Shown: positions 10,474 through 21,359, counted from the first letter of the stretch. The stretch: 64,000 bases of DNA from an uncultured archaeon (GCA_964486045.1 CAZALK010000004.1:192001-256000), one strand, 5' to 3'. A program made the numbers and translations. Notes: generated by a model from the letters alone, not told the origin.

Positions 10474-10769
10474 TTAATCACCATTATATCAATAATTTTT
10501 TATAAATAAACCATATTCTCAATAATTAAACTTTTTCCCTATTATTTTATAAATGCTTTCTTAGAAATAAAATTCTAATAGCAAGATTCATAGATTAGAT
10601 AATAAAATTGTAGGATTGGAATATAAATAAAAAAATCAAAACCTAGCATTTTAGAATTTAATATTTTTTGAAAAATTCCTGCTGTTTCGAGTGAGAAGTC
10701 AAGAAAGATCTTTTATTAGATCACGACCCTATTTAATATAATAATATAAAAAAATATAGAGGAATAGAT

Positions 10770-11087
10770 ATGGCAAAAATAAAAATATCAGTAATTAAAA
10801 CTTTCCACCCAGAAGAAGTTTTTGGCCATGAAATGAAGTACCCCAATGGTAAAGTAGTAACTTCGTGTGATCATAAAGGATTGAGTGAAGGAAAGGAATG
10901 GGTTGTAGAAAATTTGGAAAAACCAGAGAATTTTTGTGAATGGGCGTGGCACGATTTGTATAAAGACTTATGTATACTTTCATTTGGGGGAGATCATTTC
11001 TGGTCAGAACCAGGTGTCACATATACAGCCTGTTCTGATGGAATGAGACCGGTATGTTATAAACTTGAAAGGTTTGAATCGACTTAA
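10770..11087 (+). CDS. TIGR04076 family protein
   Basis: KPENFCEWAW and CSDGMRPV motifs. Confidence 0.8.
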   Translation: MAKIKISVIKTFHPEEVFGHEMKYPNGKVVTSCDHKGLSEGKEWVVENLEKPENFCEWAWHDLYKDLCILSFGGDHFWSEPGVTYTACSDGMRPVCYKLERFEST

Positions 11088-11452
11088 CTTTAGATCTTAG
11101 CTGTGTTAGAACATTCCTCAAACCGTTCCAACGATGTAAATCTTTTATAATACTTAAGCTAAAAATCTTTATTTTTTCTAATTCATCAATATTATTTTTT
11201 CGATGATAAATTCCAAATCTCGTCTGTATTGTTCTCTTCGTATTATTCTGAGAATAATGTAATATTTTTTTAAGTTCAAATAGACATATTCCGCTAGAAA
11301 ACCTATTGATTAAATTTAATAAGCTTAAATAGTAAGAATTACTTTTTCATTATTTTTAAATTAATATTACCTAATTTATCGTATTTCTACATCCCAAATT
11401 CGAAATTGAGAATCCAAATATAAAAATTTCCTTTAATTCAAGTAATATAGAA

Positions 11453-11875
11453 TTAAGAGATAGGGTCAATCACTTCAATGTTAGGTACTTGTTTAAAACT
11501 TTTATCGTGTGTACATATCTTTTGAACTGATAACTTCTTCATTGAGGCTAATATTGTTGCATCTCTAGCTCCTATCCCTGTATGTGTAAAATCTGATAGT
11601 TCATTAAATACAAGATCTAAGTCTTGAAATGTTAAATCGTCGTATAAGAAATTCATAGAAGAAAAAAGATCCCATTTAGGTTTAGCAAGATTAGTTCCTA
11701 ATCTTTTTACAAGGTAATGCATAACTTCGATCATTACAGGGATATTAATAGCAAATTGACATTGATCATAGATTTTTTCAAAATGATTTTTAACATCAGT
11801 GTGTTCTACTGTAGTTTCGTCGAAAAGATATATCCAATAATTTGAATCAATGAAAATTATTATTGCATTTTCCAT
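11453..11875 (-). CDS. vapC: PIN-domain VapC toxin
   Basis: FIDSN, EVMH, RDATI, THD acidic motifs. Confidence 0.85.
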   Translation of the reverse strand: MENAIIIFIDSNYWIYLFDETTVEHTDVKNHFEKIYDQCQFAINIPVMIEVMHYLVKRLGTNLAKPKWDLFSSMNFLYDDLTFQDLDLVFNELSDFTHTGIGARDATILASMKKLSVQKICTHDKSFKQVPNIEVIDPIS

Positions 11876-12099
11876 ATTTCTTTAATCGACTCCGGGGTAG
11901 GTTTTTTTTCAGAAGGGATCTTAATACAACCTACTAGTTTCTCAAATATTTCTTCTTTTGAAGGTTTTTTCTGAAGAGTTATAGTATTATCCGGATTCGT
12001 TTTAATAGTTAGTTTATCTCCTGGTTTTATGTTTAAGGAATCTCTTAATTTTGCGGGTAATGTTAATCGACCTCTATCATCAATTTCAATCTTTCCCAT
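11860..12099 (-). CDS. vapB: AbrB/MazE/SpoVT antitoxin
   Basis: IDDRGRLTLPAKLRDSLNIKPGD; overlaps vapC. Confidence 0.88.
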   Translation of the reverse strand: MGKIEIDDRGRLTLPAKLRDSLNIKPGDKLTIKTNPDNTITLQKKPSKEEIFEKLVGCIKIPSEKKPTPESIKEIWKMQ

Positions 12100-12129
12100 T
12101 TAATTTCCCATTCCCATAATTTTACCCAT
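12093..12129. promoter_or_regulatory. 4x T(T/A)CCCAT direct repeats over the antitoxin start, candidate operator
   Basis: Copies at 12093, 12105, 12111 and 12123. Confidence 0.45.
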
Positions 12130-12152
12130 TAAATGAAATATGAATTTTCTCT

Positions 12153-12444
12153 TTATATATTTACTGGATTTCTACTTGTAAAAATTTCTGTTATAAAACC
12201 TTCAAGGAAGGGAAAGTTCTTTAATTCAATAACTTGACTTGTCTCATAAAATTTATCAAGTGTCTGCATAATTATAGGAATCATTTCTGGTATTATTGCT
12301 TCTTTAGTTCCAATTAAATTTTCAATTGAGTCACTTAACGATGCAAGATTCAATGTAGGTGATTTTATCAAGTGCCTCTGACAATTTACCGTCATACATG
12401 AGTTCTTCTGCTTTTACCACTTCTTCGGACCTTGGATCAGACAT
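12153..12444 (-). pseudogene. Internally deleted TPR/longin-tail gene (N- and C-terminus only)
   Basis: 12444..12331 encodes MSDPRSEEVVKAEELMYDGKLSEALDKI; 12281..12153 encodes the longin-like tail IMQTLDKFYETSQVIELKNFPFLEGFITEIF. Confidence 0.65.
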
Positions 12445-12644
12445 ACTTCTTCTAAAGAATATACTTGGATTAAAAAAGAGAAAGAAAAGTTTCCTTAAAA
12501 GCCTTTTGAACTGTGTGATATCAACCGTTAAATTTGACTCAATAAACAGAATTTTTTCTGTTAAAACTAAACCAAATCTAGAGAAGTAACTTTTATTAGG
12601 TTATGAGGTCTATCTTTTAATTATTACAATTTTTAAAAAGTAGG

Positions 12645-14192
12645 GTGTTAAAAATTAGCAAAGTTAAAAATGCGTATAAAGAAATAGAAGATATCCTTGG
12701 ATCAGACTACATATCAGATAAAGATTTCATGAAGGCGGCTTATTCTCGGAATGTTGATCCTGCGTTCCCAGATCGATGGGCTGATATAATTGTAAGGCCT
12801 GAAACCACAGAAGAAGTATCTGAAATTGTTAAAATTGCCAATAAATACAAAATTAGAATTATCCCTCGTGGTGGGGGCGCTGACCTTGTCGGGGGGAGTG
12901 TAACTGAGAAAGGGATTCTTCTCGACATCACACGAATGAATCAAATACACGAAATTAATGTGGACGATTATTACTGTATTGTGGGATGCGGTATTACTTG
13001 GGGTGCGATGCTTTCAGAATTACAGAAAAAAGGAATGACTACCGGAATTCTTGGGCCAGGCTCTGGATATTCTGCCACTATTGGAGGAGGTCTTTCAAAC
13101 GCAACCGTAGGATTTTGCTCTACTAAATACGGAGTTGTACCAGATATTTGTCTTGGGCTTGAAGTCGTACTTCCGAATCCTGAAGGGACGATTATAAAGA
13201 CTGGATCATGGGCAAACAAATATGCGAAGCCTTTTTGTAGGTATGGAGTGTCACCAGATTTCTCAGGTTTATTTTTAGGAGATGTTGGGACCCTTGGAGT
13301 AAAAGTGAAAGCTTCTCTACGATTATTTCCTGATCCTCCATATAAAGCGCGAAGATATTTTATGCTTGCAAAAGATGATTACAATCAAGTATTCAAGATA
13401 GCTCACAAAATGCGCAGGGAAGTCGGGGATGGATTAAACGATTTAATGGTGTGGCCATCCATATTATTTCAAATGCTTTCCGCCCAAGTCACAAATAAAC
13501 CAAGTACTAGGCCAAAAATAACCGGTCCAGCATTTGGGGTGACATTAGAAGCAACCGATCAACGAATTTTAGACGTTTATCTAGAAAAAACTAATGAGAT
13601 TATGATGAAAGACAATGTGTGTCGACCATTTGAATGGCAAGAGATTGATTTAGACATGGTATTGTCGAGAGACTGGAAGTTCACACTAAAGGAAGAGTTC
13701 AATTTCTTTCAAAAATACATATCAGCAGCTCCACCAAAAATCTCGTGTACAACTTGCCACAAGGTTGCAATATCCAGACTTGATGAAAGCGTTCAAAAAG
13801 GCGTGCAATTCAATATTACTAATCAAAAAGAGTTTCCACCAAAGAATCCACCATATCCCGTTTTTGCTTCCTTCTTGATGTTTTTACCTAATGGAAATGT
13901 TGTTATAGTTGGGGGACTCGGCGGTGATAATACTGATGAACATCGTGAAACTACTATGAACATTTGGCATAAAAAGATACGACACCAAGCACGGTATGGG
14001 GCTGCTCATTATTGGTTAGGTGAATCAATCAGTCAGTCAATTGTCGAAGCTGGTGCTTTCACTCCTGAATATATGCAATTTTTTAAGGATATGAAAAAAG
14101 CAGTCGACCCAAACTATCTCTTGAGCCCAAATAAATTCCACATGTATTCATACGACCATGATTACACCCAACATCTTGTAAAAGACGAGTAG
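12645..14192 (+). CDS. FAD-binding oxidoreductase, paralogue 3
   Basis: Same motifs as 1531..3024; AHYWLGES. Confidence 0.9.
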   Translation: MLKISKVKNAYKEIEDILGSDYISDKDFMKAAYSRNVDPAFPDRWADIIVRPETTEEVSEIVKIANKYKIRIIPRGGGADLVGGSVTEKGILLDITRMNQIHEINVDDYYCIVGCGITWGAMLSELQKKGMTTGILGPGSGYSATIGGGLSNATVGFCSTKYGVVPDICLGLEVVLPNPEGTIIKTGSWANKYAKPFCRYGVSPDFSGLFLGDVGTLGVKVKASLRLFPDPPYKARRYFMLAKDDYNQVFKIAHKMRREVGDGLNDLMVWPSILFQMLSAQVTNKPSTRPKITGPAFGVTLEATDQRILDVYLEKTNEIMMKDNVCRPFEWQEIDLDMVLSRDWKFTLKEEFNFFQKYISAAPPKISCTTCHKVAISRLDESVQKGVQFNITNQKEFPPKNPPYPVFASFLMFLPNGNVVIVGGLGGDNTDEHRETTMNIWHKKIRHQARYGAAHYWLGESISQSIVEAGAFTPEYMQFFKDMKKAVDPNYLLSPNKFHMYSYDHDYTQHLVKDE

Positions 14193-14382
14193 AATCTGTA
14201 ATATTTGGTTTTAATAAAATTTTAATTCATTTTTTTTAATTTCATAATATTTTAATATTATATTCCTTCTTTGAGAAATAGACAGTTGAATTTGTATTTA
14301 CTAAAATTTTTTAATACTCGCACTATTAATTTTTAGGAGATTAGTACTCGTTTTTAAATTAATTAAATTAAAGTCTGGCACA

Positions 14383-15222
14383 ATGGATACTGAAAGAAAC
14401 GATTATTACGAAGCTTCAAAAGCACAAGAAAAAAGCCGTGAAGATTTAGAATCATATAAGGAAGCGTTAAAGAAGGAACTCGATAGTATTAAATCTTTAG
14501 TGAGTTCTGAAATCCCAGAAAATAATACGGCTAACAAAGCGAGTATAACCTCAAATAATTCAATTTCACCGGTTGAGTACGAGAAATTAAAGGAAGAAAA
14601 CAGAACACTAAGATTTGAAAATGAATCTTTGAATTCTACCAATTTAATGTTAGTAAATGATAATAAATTACTAAGAGAGAATCTTGAGAGATTAAATCTG
14701 CAAACCTCAAACACCGCCGAATTAGAAATTGAAATTACAATGTTAAAAGAAGTAATATTAAACTTAGAAAAAGAAAATTTAGAGCTTAGAGCGAAAAAAC
14801 CCGCAGTAATATCTAAAGAACAAGTTTCTCATGACCAAAATCTCCCTGTAGATGTTTCAAATGAGATTAAATCAATATTTGATAGCAATCAACCTCCAGA
14901 AACGAGCACTCCACCGGTTCATACAGGTTATACCGTACCTCCTTTAAAACCGAAAAAATTCAGGAGGAAAACAACCTCAAAACCTGAAGAGTTGAAGGTA
15001 GAAGGCCCAAAAACCACTTCTAGTGAAGATTCCTCTGCTTTTCAAGAGGTAGACTCTGAAAAAATTATTGCAGAAACAGTAAGAAGAAGGTGTCCAACCT
15101 GCTTAAACACAAATAAAAAATTTATTCGTGAATTTCCCGATAAATCTAATATAATTATGCAATATCCACGGATATATGGGAAAATGTACAAATGTGGTTT
15201 GTGTACAACAACTTGGAAGTAA
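14383..15222 (+). CDS. Coiled-coil, Pro-rich linker, C-terminal zinc-ribbon protein
   Basis: Heptad-like E/L/N-rich segment; CPTC...YPRIYGKMYKCGLC. Confidence 0.7.
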   Translation: MDTERNDYYEASKAQEKSREDLESYKEALKKELDSIKSLVSSEIPENNTANKASITSNNSISPVEYEKLKEENRTLRFENESLNSTNLMLVNDNKLLRENLERLNLQTSNTAELEIEITMLKEVILNLEKENLELRAKKPAVISKEQVSHDQNLPVDVSNEIKSIFDSNQPPETSTPPVHTGYTVPPLKPKKFRRKTTSKPEELKVEGPKTTSSEDSSAFQEVDSEKIIAETVRRRCPTCLNTNKKFIREFPDKSNIIMQYPRIYGKMYKCGLCTTTWK

Positions 15223-15362
15223 GGAGTGGTTTCTGAACCTAATAAAATACTAATAGTTTTTTCTTTAGAAACAACTCTTCCTCCGTAATTTCTGCAATAA
15301 ACTGTACATATAGTTTCTTGATTTTGATTTTTCCTCATATTTACTAAAATCTCATTCTTAAA

Positions 15363-15517
15363 AAAAAAATTAAATAACCATTGTTTATTTTATGAGTTAG
15401 AACCAAGTTCTCTAAATGTTAAGTGCGTAAAATGGAAGTATATCTCATATTAAAAATAAATAGTAATCCGAGCTAGAATTAAGAGCACAAAATTACTCAA
15501 ATTGCTTTAATGGCCGG
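15363..15517 (+). repeat. Decayed copy of the promoter and 5' end of the 3-hydroxyacyl-CoA dehydrogenase gene (16703..16860)
   Basis: Shared blocks AAAAAATTAAATA, AACCAAGTTCT.TAAAT.TTA, AAAATGG, AGTAATC, TTGCTTTAATGGC.GG in the same order. Confidence 0.8.
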
Positions 15518-15544
15518 AAATCATAATGATAAAATGAAGATTAT

Positions 15545-16651
15545 ATGAAAAACTTCGACATTATTGTTATTGGGGCAGGACCAGGAGGATCAATAGCAGC
15601 TAAGGTAGCTGCTGAGAATGGATATTCGACTTGCTTGATAGAAAAAGAAAAACTAAATGAAGAGGGTAGATATAAAGCCTGTGGAGGAGCAATAGCATGG
15701 GATTTGATTAAAGAAATCGGCTATCCTGAAGAAAAAATAAGCCGAATTATTGAGTCTTTAGAGTTACATCATCTTGATGGTAATATGTATTCCAAAGCAG
15801 GAAAGGGAGCTGTCATTTGGAGAAGCACATTTGATAATGTTCTAACTAATAATGCATCGAATTCAGGAGCGATACTAAAAGATCAAGAACCTGTGATTAA
15901 TATAAAACAAATAGAAAACGGTTATCAAATTATCACTGAAAAAGAGAAATATTCTACTAAATATGTGATTGCAGCTGATGGGGTAACATCTTCAGTTTTA
16001 AAACTGCTGAAATGGCCTTTTTTCAAAAAAGAAGATATAATTTTAACAATCACTCAAGAGATGAAGACATCGAGAGAATATATTAATAAAGTTCTTGGAA
16101 AAGACTCACTTCATCTATTCTTTAGTATTAAAAGTTTAATTCCTATGGGATATGCGTGGTTATTCCCTAAAAAAGAAACTATCACCGTAGGATGGGGGAA
16201 TCAGATTAATTTAATAAAAAACAGTAGAACAGAATTTACAAAATACCTTACACTACCATTTGTTAATCAAGCGCTAAAAAATTCAAAACTTGAAATTTTT
16301 AAACCCCACTTAATTCCAGTAGGATTAAGACCTATCATTTATAGCAATAAAGTTTTTGCAATTGGGGATGCGGGTGGATTTGTAGATCCTATAAGTGGAA
16401 AGGGGATACCCTATGCTATGTTATCTGGGAAGATAGCAATAGAATCAATTAAAACCTGCGAAAAGAAGGATATAATTAATAAATTAGGAAATATCTATAG
16501 AAAATCATTAGATAAAAGTTTTTTAAAAATTTTAAAACTTAAAAGAATCGCTCGAGATGAAATTTATAGAAGCGACGAAACTTTGAAAAAATTTCTATCA
16601 TTGTGGGAAAAACATCGCAGTTCAGAAATAGTTTTGAGAAAATTGATGTAG
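15545..16651 (+). CDS. Geranylgeranyl reductase-family FAD-dependent oxidoreductase
   Basis: GAGPGG, KACGG, AADG, GYAWLFPK, GDAGGFVDPISGKGI. Confidence 0.85.
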   Translation: MKNFDIIVIGAGPGGSIAAKVAAENGYSTCLIEKEKLNEEGRYKACGGAIAWDLIKEIGYPEEKISRIIESLELHHLDGNMYSKAGKGAVIWRSTFDNVLTNNASNSGAILKDQEPVINIKQIENGYQIITEKEKYSTKYVIAADGVTSSVLKLLKWPFFKKEDIILTITQEMKTSREYINKVLGKDSLHLFFSIKSLIPMGYAWLFPKKETITVGWGNQINLIKNSRTEFTKYLTLPFVNQALKNSKLEIFKPHLIPVGLRPIIYSNKVFAIGDAGGFVDPISGKGIPYAMLSGKIAIESIKTCEKKDIINKLGNIYRKSLDKSFLKILKLKRIARDEIYRSDETLKKFLSLWEKHRSSEIVLRKLM

Positions 16652-16771
16652 ATTACCTTGTTGTTTTACAGTCCGAATCTTATTATAATCCTTACAAAAA
16701 TTAAAAAAATTAAATAGCTAATCGTTATTTTAAGAGATAAAACCAAGTTCTATAAATATTAGGTGTAAAAA

Positions 16772-17971
16772 ATGGTAGATATATCTTATATCAAAAATAT
16801 TGCAGTAATCGGTGCTGGAATACAAGGGCACGCGATTGCTCAAGTTGCTTTAATGGCTGGTTTTGAAAAAGTATTTTTAAACGATCTTACTATGGAAACA
16901 ATAGATAAAGGAGTATCTTTAATTAAAAATAATCCAAGACTGGGATTGAAAAAACTTGAATCTGATGGGTTATTAAAAGCAGGGGAGACAGCAGATCTTA
17001 TCCTAAAAAGGTTGATAAAAGAACCAGATCTTAAAAAAACGGTCGAACAAGCCGATTTTGTATTTGAAGCAGTACCAGAAGTAATGGAAATTAAGAAAGA
17101 GGTGTATCGAAAATTGGGTGAATATACCCCAAAAGCCACTGTTTTAGCTTCAAATACGTCTACCATGAGTCCTACAAAATTAGGTGAAGCGTCAGGTAAA
17201 CCAGAAAATGTTATAGGAATGCACTTTTTTGGACCAATAAGGAATGAATTAATCGAAATTACAAAAGGTGATAAAACTTCAAGTAAGACCATGGAAATAG
17301 GTATTGCTGTAGGTAATAAGTTACCATCTACGGGGGGAAAAAGGGTTATAATTCAACTCGAAAAAGAAACTCCCGGACACATCGCGAATAGAGTAGTTGT
17401 ATCAAGTTACATATATATTAATTGGATTTTCGATCAAGCACGAGAAAGAAATATACCTTTTGAACAACTTGATGCCGATTTTATGGAACTTACTCCTAGA
17501 GGTATTTGTGTTCTAGCTGATACTGTTGGATTAGATACACTTTATAATGTATTGAAATACTATTCAGAGACATTATCACCCGAATTCACCCCCGGTAAAG
17601 TTCTATCTAATCTAGTCGAAAATGGGGATTTTGGCGTAAAGACGGGGAAAGGCTTTTATGATTGGTCTAAGGGATCCCCTCCTAAAATCGATCCCTCAAA
17701 GAAAGCTGGATTTGTGGATGTTGAAGTTTTAATAGCTCACATGTTAAACGAAGGTTGTAGGCTTTTAGAACAAGGAATCGTTAAGGGATACAGAATTATA
17801 GATAAAGCAGTTTCTGTAGGATATCGAATGCCGGGTCCTTTCAGCTTGGGAAAAAGAAATTACAAGCACTTATCAAACAAGTTAGAAGAAATTTCAGAAG
17901 TTTCAGGTATAACCTATTTAAAACCTTGTTCTCTTATGAAATCTGGTGAATTTCTTAAAATGAGAAAATAA
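16772..17971 (+). CDS. 3-hydroxyacyl-CoA dehydrogenase
   Basis: GAGIQG, EAVPE, ASNTST, GMHFF, GVKTGKGFY. Confidence 0.9.
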   Translation: MVDISYIKNIAVIGAGIQGHAIAQVALMAGFEKVFLNDLTMETIDKGVSLIKNNPRLGLKKLESDGLLKAGETADLILKRLIKEPDLKKTVEQADFVFEAVPEVMEIKKEVYRKLGEYTPKATVLASNTSTMSPTKLGEASGKPENVIGMHFFGPIRNELIEITKGDKTSSKTMEIGIAVGNKLPSTGGKRVIIQLEKETPGHIANRVVVSSYIYINWIFDQARERNIPFEQLDADFMELTPRGICVLADTVGLDTLYNVLKYYSETLSPEFTPGKVLSNLVENGDFGVKTGKGFYDWSKGSPPKIDPSKKAGFVDVEVLIAHMLNEGCRLLEQGIVKGYRIIDKAVSVGYRMPGPFSLGKRNYKHLSNKLEEISEVSGITYLKPCSLMKSGEFLKMRK

Positions 17972-18141
17972 AAGTCGTTTTTAAAATAACGCTCATCTTC
18001 TTTTTTTAGGTGGTTTTATACAAAGACAGAAACAATTATTTTCAAAACAAATTTTGAAATCACTTATTATTATAATAATAACTTTTTAATTCTGTTATAG
18101 ATAAAATATGATTAATAAATATCAACAAACCAAGTTAAAAT

Positions 18142-19170
18142 ATGAAAGAAATTACTTTTGAGAGCCAAGCGACTAAGATCGAGAATTTTTATAACGGTTT
18201 TGCGGCGACTCATTTGATTCACATAGGAGATAAATTAGGATTATTTGAAGTTTTAAATGATGCTAAAAAAGGGTTAACAACTTCAGAATTAGCTTCAGAA
18301 TTAGGTCTACACGAGCCTTATTTAAAAATTTGGTGTCAAACAGCTCTATTTTTAGGGATCTTAGATTATGACGAAGGGGGAAGATTTAAATTCCAACCAT
18401 ACATGAATGAGATCTTAGGTAATAAATCCAATTTCAGAAATATTTTAGGAAGATTTAATTCAGCTGTTAATATCCATGGAGAAAGACTTAAAGAAAGTAT
18501 TATACTTTATAAAACTGGAAAAATCTTAGAAGGATATAGCCCGCAGCATTCAGAAATGGTAGCAAAAGCAACAAAACCTTTTCACACTTATTTAAATGTC
18601 TACTTCAAACAGTTACCTAGTACAAATCCTCTCAAACAAATGTTGGAAAAAGGTGTTAATTTTCTTGATATTGGTTGTGGAAATGGAAGGCTCATTATGC
18701 AGTTGGCAATGTTATTTACAAATAGCCGTTTTACAGGTGTAGATCCTAGTCTATATGGGATTAATAGTGCTACAAAAAATATTGAACAATTAGGATTAAA
18801 AGATCGTGTTTTTGTAAAGAATCTTGGTGGTGAAGAGCTCCAATATAAAGAAGAGTTTGAAATTGCATGTATGACAGTAGTCTTTCACGAAATTAATCCC
18901 ACTATTCGTTTTAAAGCATTGGAGAACATTTACAAAGCATTGAAAAAAGGAGGACGCCTTATTATTTTTGATTTTTCTTACCCAGAGCATATTGATGATT
19001 TCAAAAACCCAAATTACGGTTCAGCAATAATTCATCAATTTAACGAAACATCCTTAGGAGTTGTATTCCTTAACCCTACTGAACAAACCGAAATGTTTAC
19101 AAAAATCGGATTTAAAGATATCCAACGGATGTCATTAAAAGCAATTGAAATAATTACCACCATGAAATAA
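18142..19170 (+). CDS. Class I SAM-dependent methyltransferase with N-terminal wHTH-like domain
   Basis: FLDIGCGNG; LKKGGRLIIFD. Confidence 0.85.
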   Translation: MKEITFESQATKIENFYNGFAATHLIHIGDKLGLFEVLNDAKKGLTTSELASELGLHEPYLKIWCQTALFLGILDYDEGGRFKFQPYMNEILGNKSNFRNILGRFNSAVNIHGERLKESIILYKTGKILEGYSPQHSEMVAKATKPFHTYLNVYFKQLPSTNPLKQMLEKGVNFLDIGCGNGRLIMQLAMLFTNSRFTGVDPSLYGINSATKNIEQLGLKDRVFVKNLGGEELQYKEEFEIACMTVVFHEINPTIRFKALENIYKALKKGGRLIIFDFSYPEHIDDFKNPNYGSAIIHQFNETSLGVVFLNPTEQTEMFTKIGFKDIQRMSLKAIEIITTMK

Positions 19171-19240
19171 ATATATTCAGTGAATTCTATCCATATTTTC
19201 ACCATTTTCTCCCGTGATACAGCGAAAACAAAAATCCCAT

Positions 19241-19425
19241 TTAGGTTTTTTCCAAGGTTATAACTACATTTCCCTTTTTATGCCCTTTATCAACATAGCT
19301 ATGAGCCTCGACCATTTGTTCCAAAGGATAGCGTCTATCTATGACCGATTTTAGCTTCCCTGCCTCAATCAGTTCTCTGAGGAAGATCAAATCTTCTTCC
19401 TTTTCTGTTGCTGCGCCACCTTTAT
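19241..19425 (-). pseudogene. 3' remnant of an MDR-family (zinc-binding ADH/quinone reductase-like) gene
   Basis: [46 protein letters not shown] is the typical MDR C-terminus; the rest is missing. Confidence 0.85.
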
Positions 19426-19555
19426 ATTCAAAAAATCCAAATCTTCGCTTTTCATTTACTAAATTTATCAATATTCATAGAAAAAATCATAAATAATCAA
19501 ATTTTAAACAATATAAGGAAATAAGGAGACATTTTGTTGTTATATTGTCGGAGAA

Positions 19556-21154
19556 TTGATAATAAAAATGAGTGATTCAGTATTTAAAATTGTTGATTTA
19601 TTTTATAATCCAAAATCAATAGCAGTGATTGGTGCTTCAAAGGTTCCCATGAAAGGAGGAAACCGGATAGTTAACAATCTACACTCAAATGGCTACAAAG
19701 GTCAGATTTATCCTGTTAACCCCAACTATAGCATAGAAGATGAAATATATGGTTTCAAATTCGTAAAATCTGTTTTAGATATTGAAGGGGAGGTAGATCT
19801 TGCCATTTTTTATGTAAACAATCGAATCGTAACTAATATTCTAAAAGATTGTGTCAAGAAAGGAATAAAAGCAGCTATAATACAAAGTGCTGGTTTTGAG
19901 GAAGTGGGGGTAGAAGGGTTAAAACTAAGGGATGAAATTGCAGTTATAACAGAAAATTTCTCCAAACTACGTATTATTGGTCCTAACTGTATGGGAATCA
20001 GTCGGTTCGATGGGGATTATGATGATAAAAAAGGGGGTTTCTTTACTGGACAATTTGCTCTTACAAATTATAAAAAAGGTAACGTTGCGATCATCACTCA
20101 GAGTGGTTTCTTGAATGGTGGAATAGCACCACTAATTTTTCGACAGTACCCAAATCTTGGATTTAGGTACATTGTTTCAATTGGAAATAAGATGGACTTA
20201 GGAGAAAATGAATTTTTAGAGTATATATTAGAAGATGAATCTGTGAATGTTATTGCAATATATTTAGAGTCATTTAAAAACCCTAGAAAATTCATCTCTT
20301 TATGTAGAAAAGCAAAACAATTACCTAAAAAGACTATTATTCTTGTAAAAGGTGGAAAAACAAGCCAAGGGATGAAAGCAGCTTCTAGTCACACAGGTGC
20401 TTTAGTTGAAGATGAAAGATTAATTGATGCTATCATTAAACAAGCAGGAATTATTCAAGCAAATAACTTTTTTGAAATGTTCCAATTTCTAAGAACGTTT
20501 TCTATGATGTATAAATCAGGAAAGAAATTCCCTATAAAAGGAAATATCGCTCTTGTTGTTGGGAGTGGAGGTATGGGAACTGTAATGGGAGATATTGCTA
20601 TGAAATACGGTTTAAAGTTCCCTGAGTTTGGTGAGAATAGTTATAACATTCTTAAAAGTGTATTCCCTGATTGGATGCCTCCAAATCGATTTGCTCTCGT
20701 TGATGTTTGGCCTACCATGGAAAAAGCAATGATGGATGCAGCCAAAAAAGCCAAGAGTACTGTTAATAAGTCAACTAAAAAACCTATCAAGAATAATAAT
20801 GAAAAAAATCCAATTCATGTTATGGGTTCTTTTGGAAATGTTATGCAAGTGATTCAAAGAGCCGTTTTAGAAGAACCTAAAATTGAAGGTTTGTTTACAT
20901 CCATGCCAGGTGGTCCAAGAGGACGTGGAGGGACAATGGACTTTATGAAACTGATGCTGGAACGCATAGCAAAATACCCAAAGCCCGTTTTCTTTTATTC
21001 AATGATGGAAAGTGAGGAATCTTTAGAAATGTTAAGGTTATATGGCAAGTATAATATTCCTTTATTTACCAGAACAGAAGACATTGCCAAAAATTTTGCA
21101 GCTTTGGTTCAAGAAACAAAGAATAAAGAAAGATTTTCAAAATTTGGTTTTTAA
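19556..21154 (+). CDS. ADP-forming acyl-CoA synthetase, alpha-subunit family
   Basis: PKSIAVIGAS, IIGPNCMG, TQSG, SIGNKMD, phospho-His SHTGAL; ATG at 19568 is a likely start. Confidence 0.88.
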   Translation: MIIKMSDSVFKIVDLFYNPKSIAVIGASKVPMKGGNRIVNNLHSNGYKGQIYPVNPNYSIEDEIYGFKFVKSVLDIEGEVDLAIFYVNNRIVTNILKDCVKKGIKAAIIQSAGFEEVGVEGLKLRDEIAVITENFSKLRIIGPNCMGISRFDGDYDDKKGGFFTGQFALTNYKKGNVAIITQSGFLNGGIAPLIFRQYPNLGFRYIVSIGNKMDLGENEFLEYILEDESVNVIAIYLESFKNPRKFISLCRKAKQLPKKTIILVKGGKTSQGMKAASSHTGALVEDERLIDAIIKQAGIIQANNFFEMFQFLRTFSMMYKSGKKFPIKGNIALVVGSGGMGTVMGDIAMKYGLKFPEFGENSYNILKSVFPDWMPPNRFALVDVWPTMEKAMMDAAKKAKSTVNKSTKKPIKNNNEKNPIHVMGSFGNVMQVIQRAVLEEPKIEGLFTSMPGGPRGRGGTMDFMKLMLERIAKYPKPVFFYSMMESEESLEMLRLYGKYNIPLFTRTEDIAKNFAALVQETKNKERFSKFGF

Positions 21155-21174
21155 AAGGAATTTTCATGATTTTG

Positions 21175-21263
21175 GGCGAAGAATCTATGTGAATGGTATT
21201 GAAATTGAAGTAGGACCAGAAATTGAAAAAAACAAACTTAGAGAAGCAATTAAAAATGTATAA
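21175..21263 (+). pseudogene. Probable 3' remnant of an unidentified gene
   Basis: RIYVNGIEIEVGPEIEKNKLREAIKNV is protein-like, starts about 20 nt after the upstream stop and has no own start. Confidence 0.35.
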
Positions 21264-21359
21264 ATAGGAAGCCTACTTCATCATCTATCTAATTAATAGT
21301 TTAGTATGAGAAACTCAGATATTATCATGTTTATATAGGATAAAATCGTATACTATAAT

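Noticed and set aside
11242-11258. Perfect palindrome ATTATTCT-G-AGAATAAT
   Set aside because: Single AT-rich copy between convergent genes; could be chance
4960-12281. DGR template/variable repeat pair (4960-5080 vs 12160-12281)
   Set aside because: Mismatches are mostly synonymous third positions, not adenine-specific; no reverse transcriptase in the window
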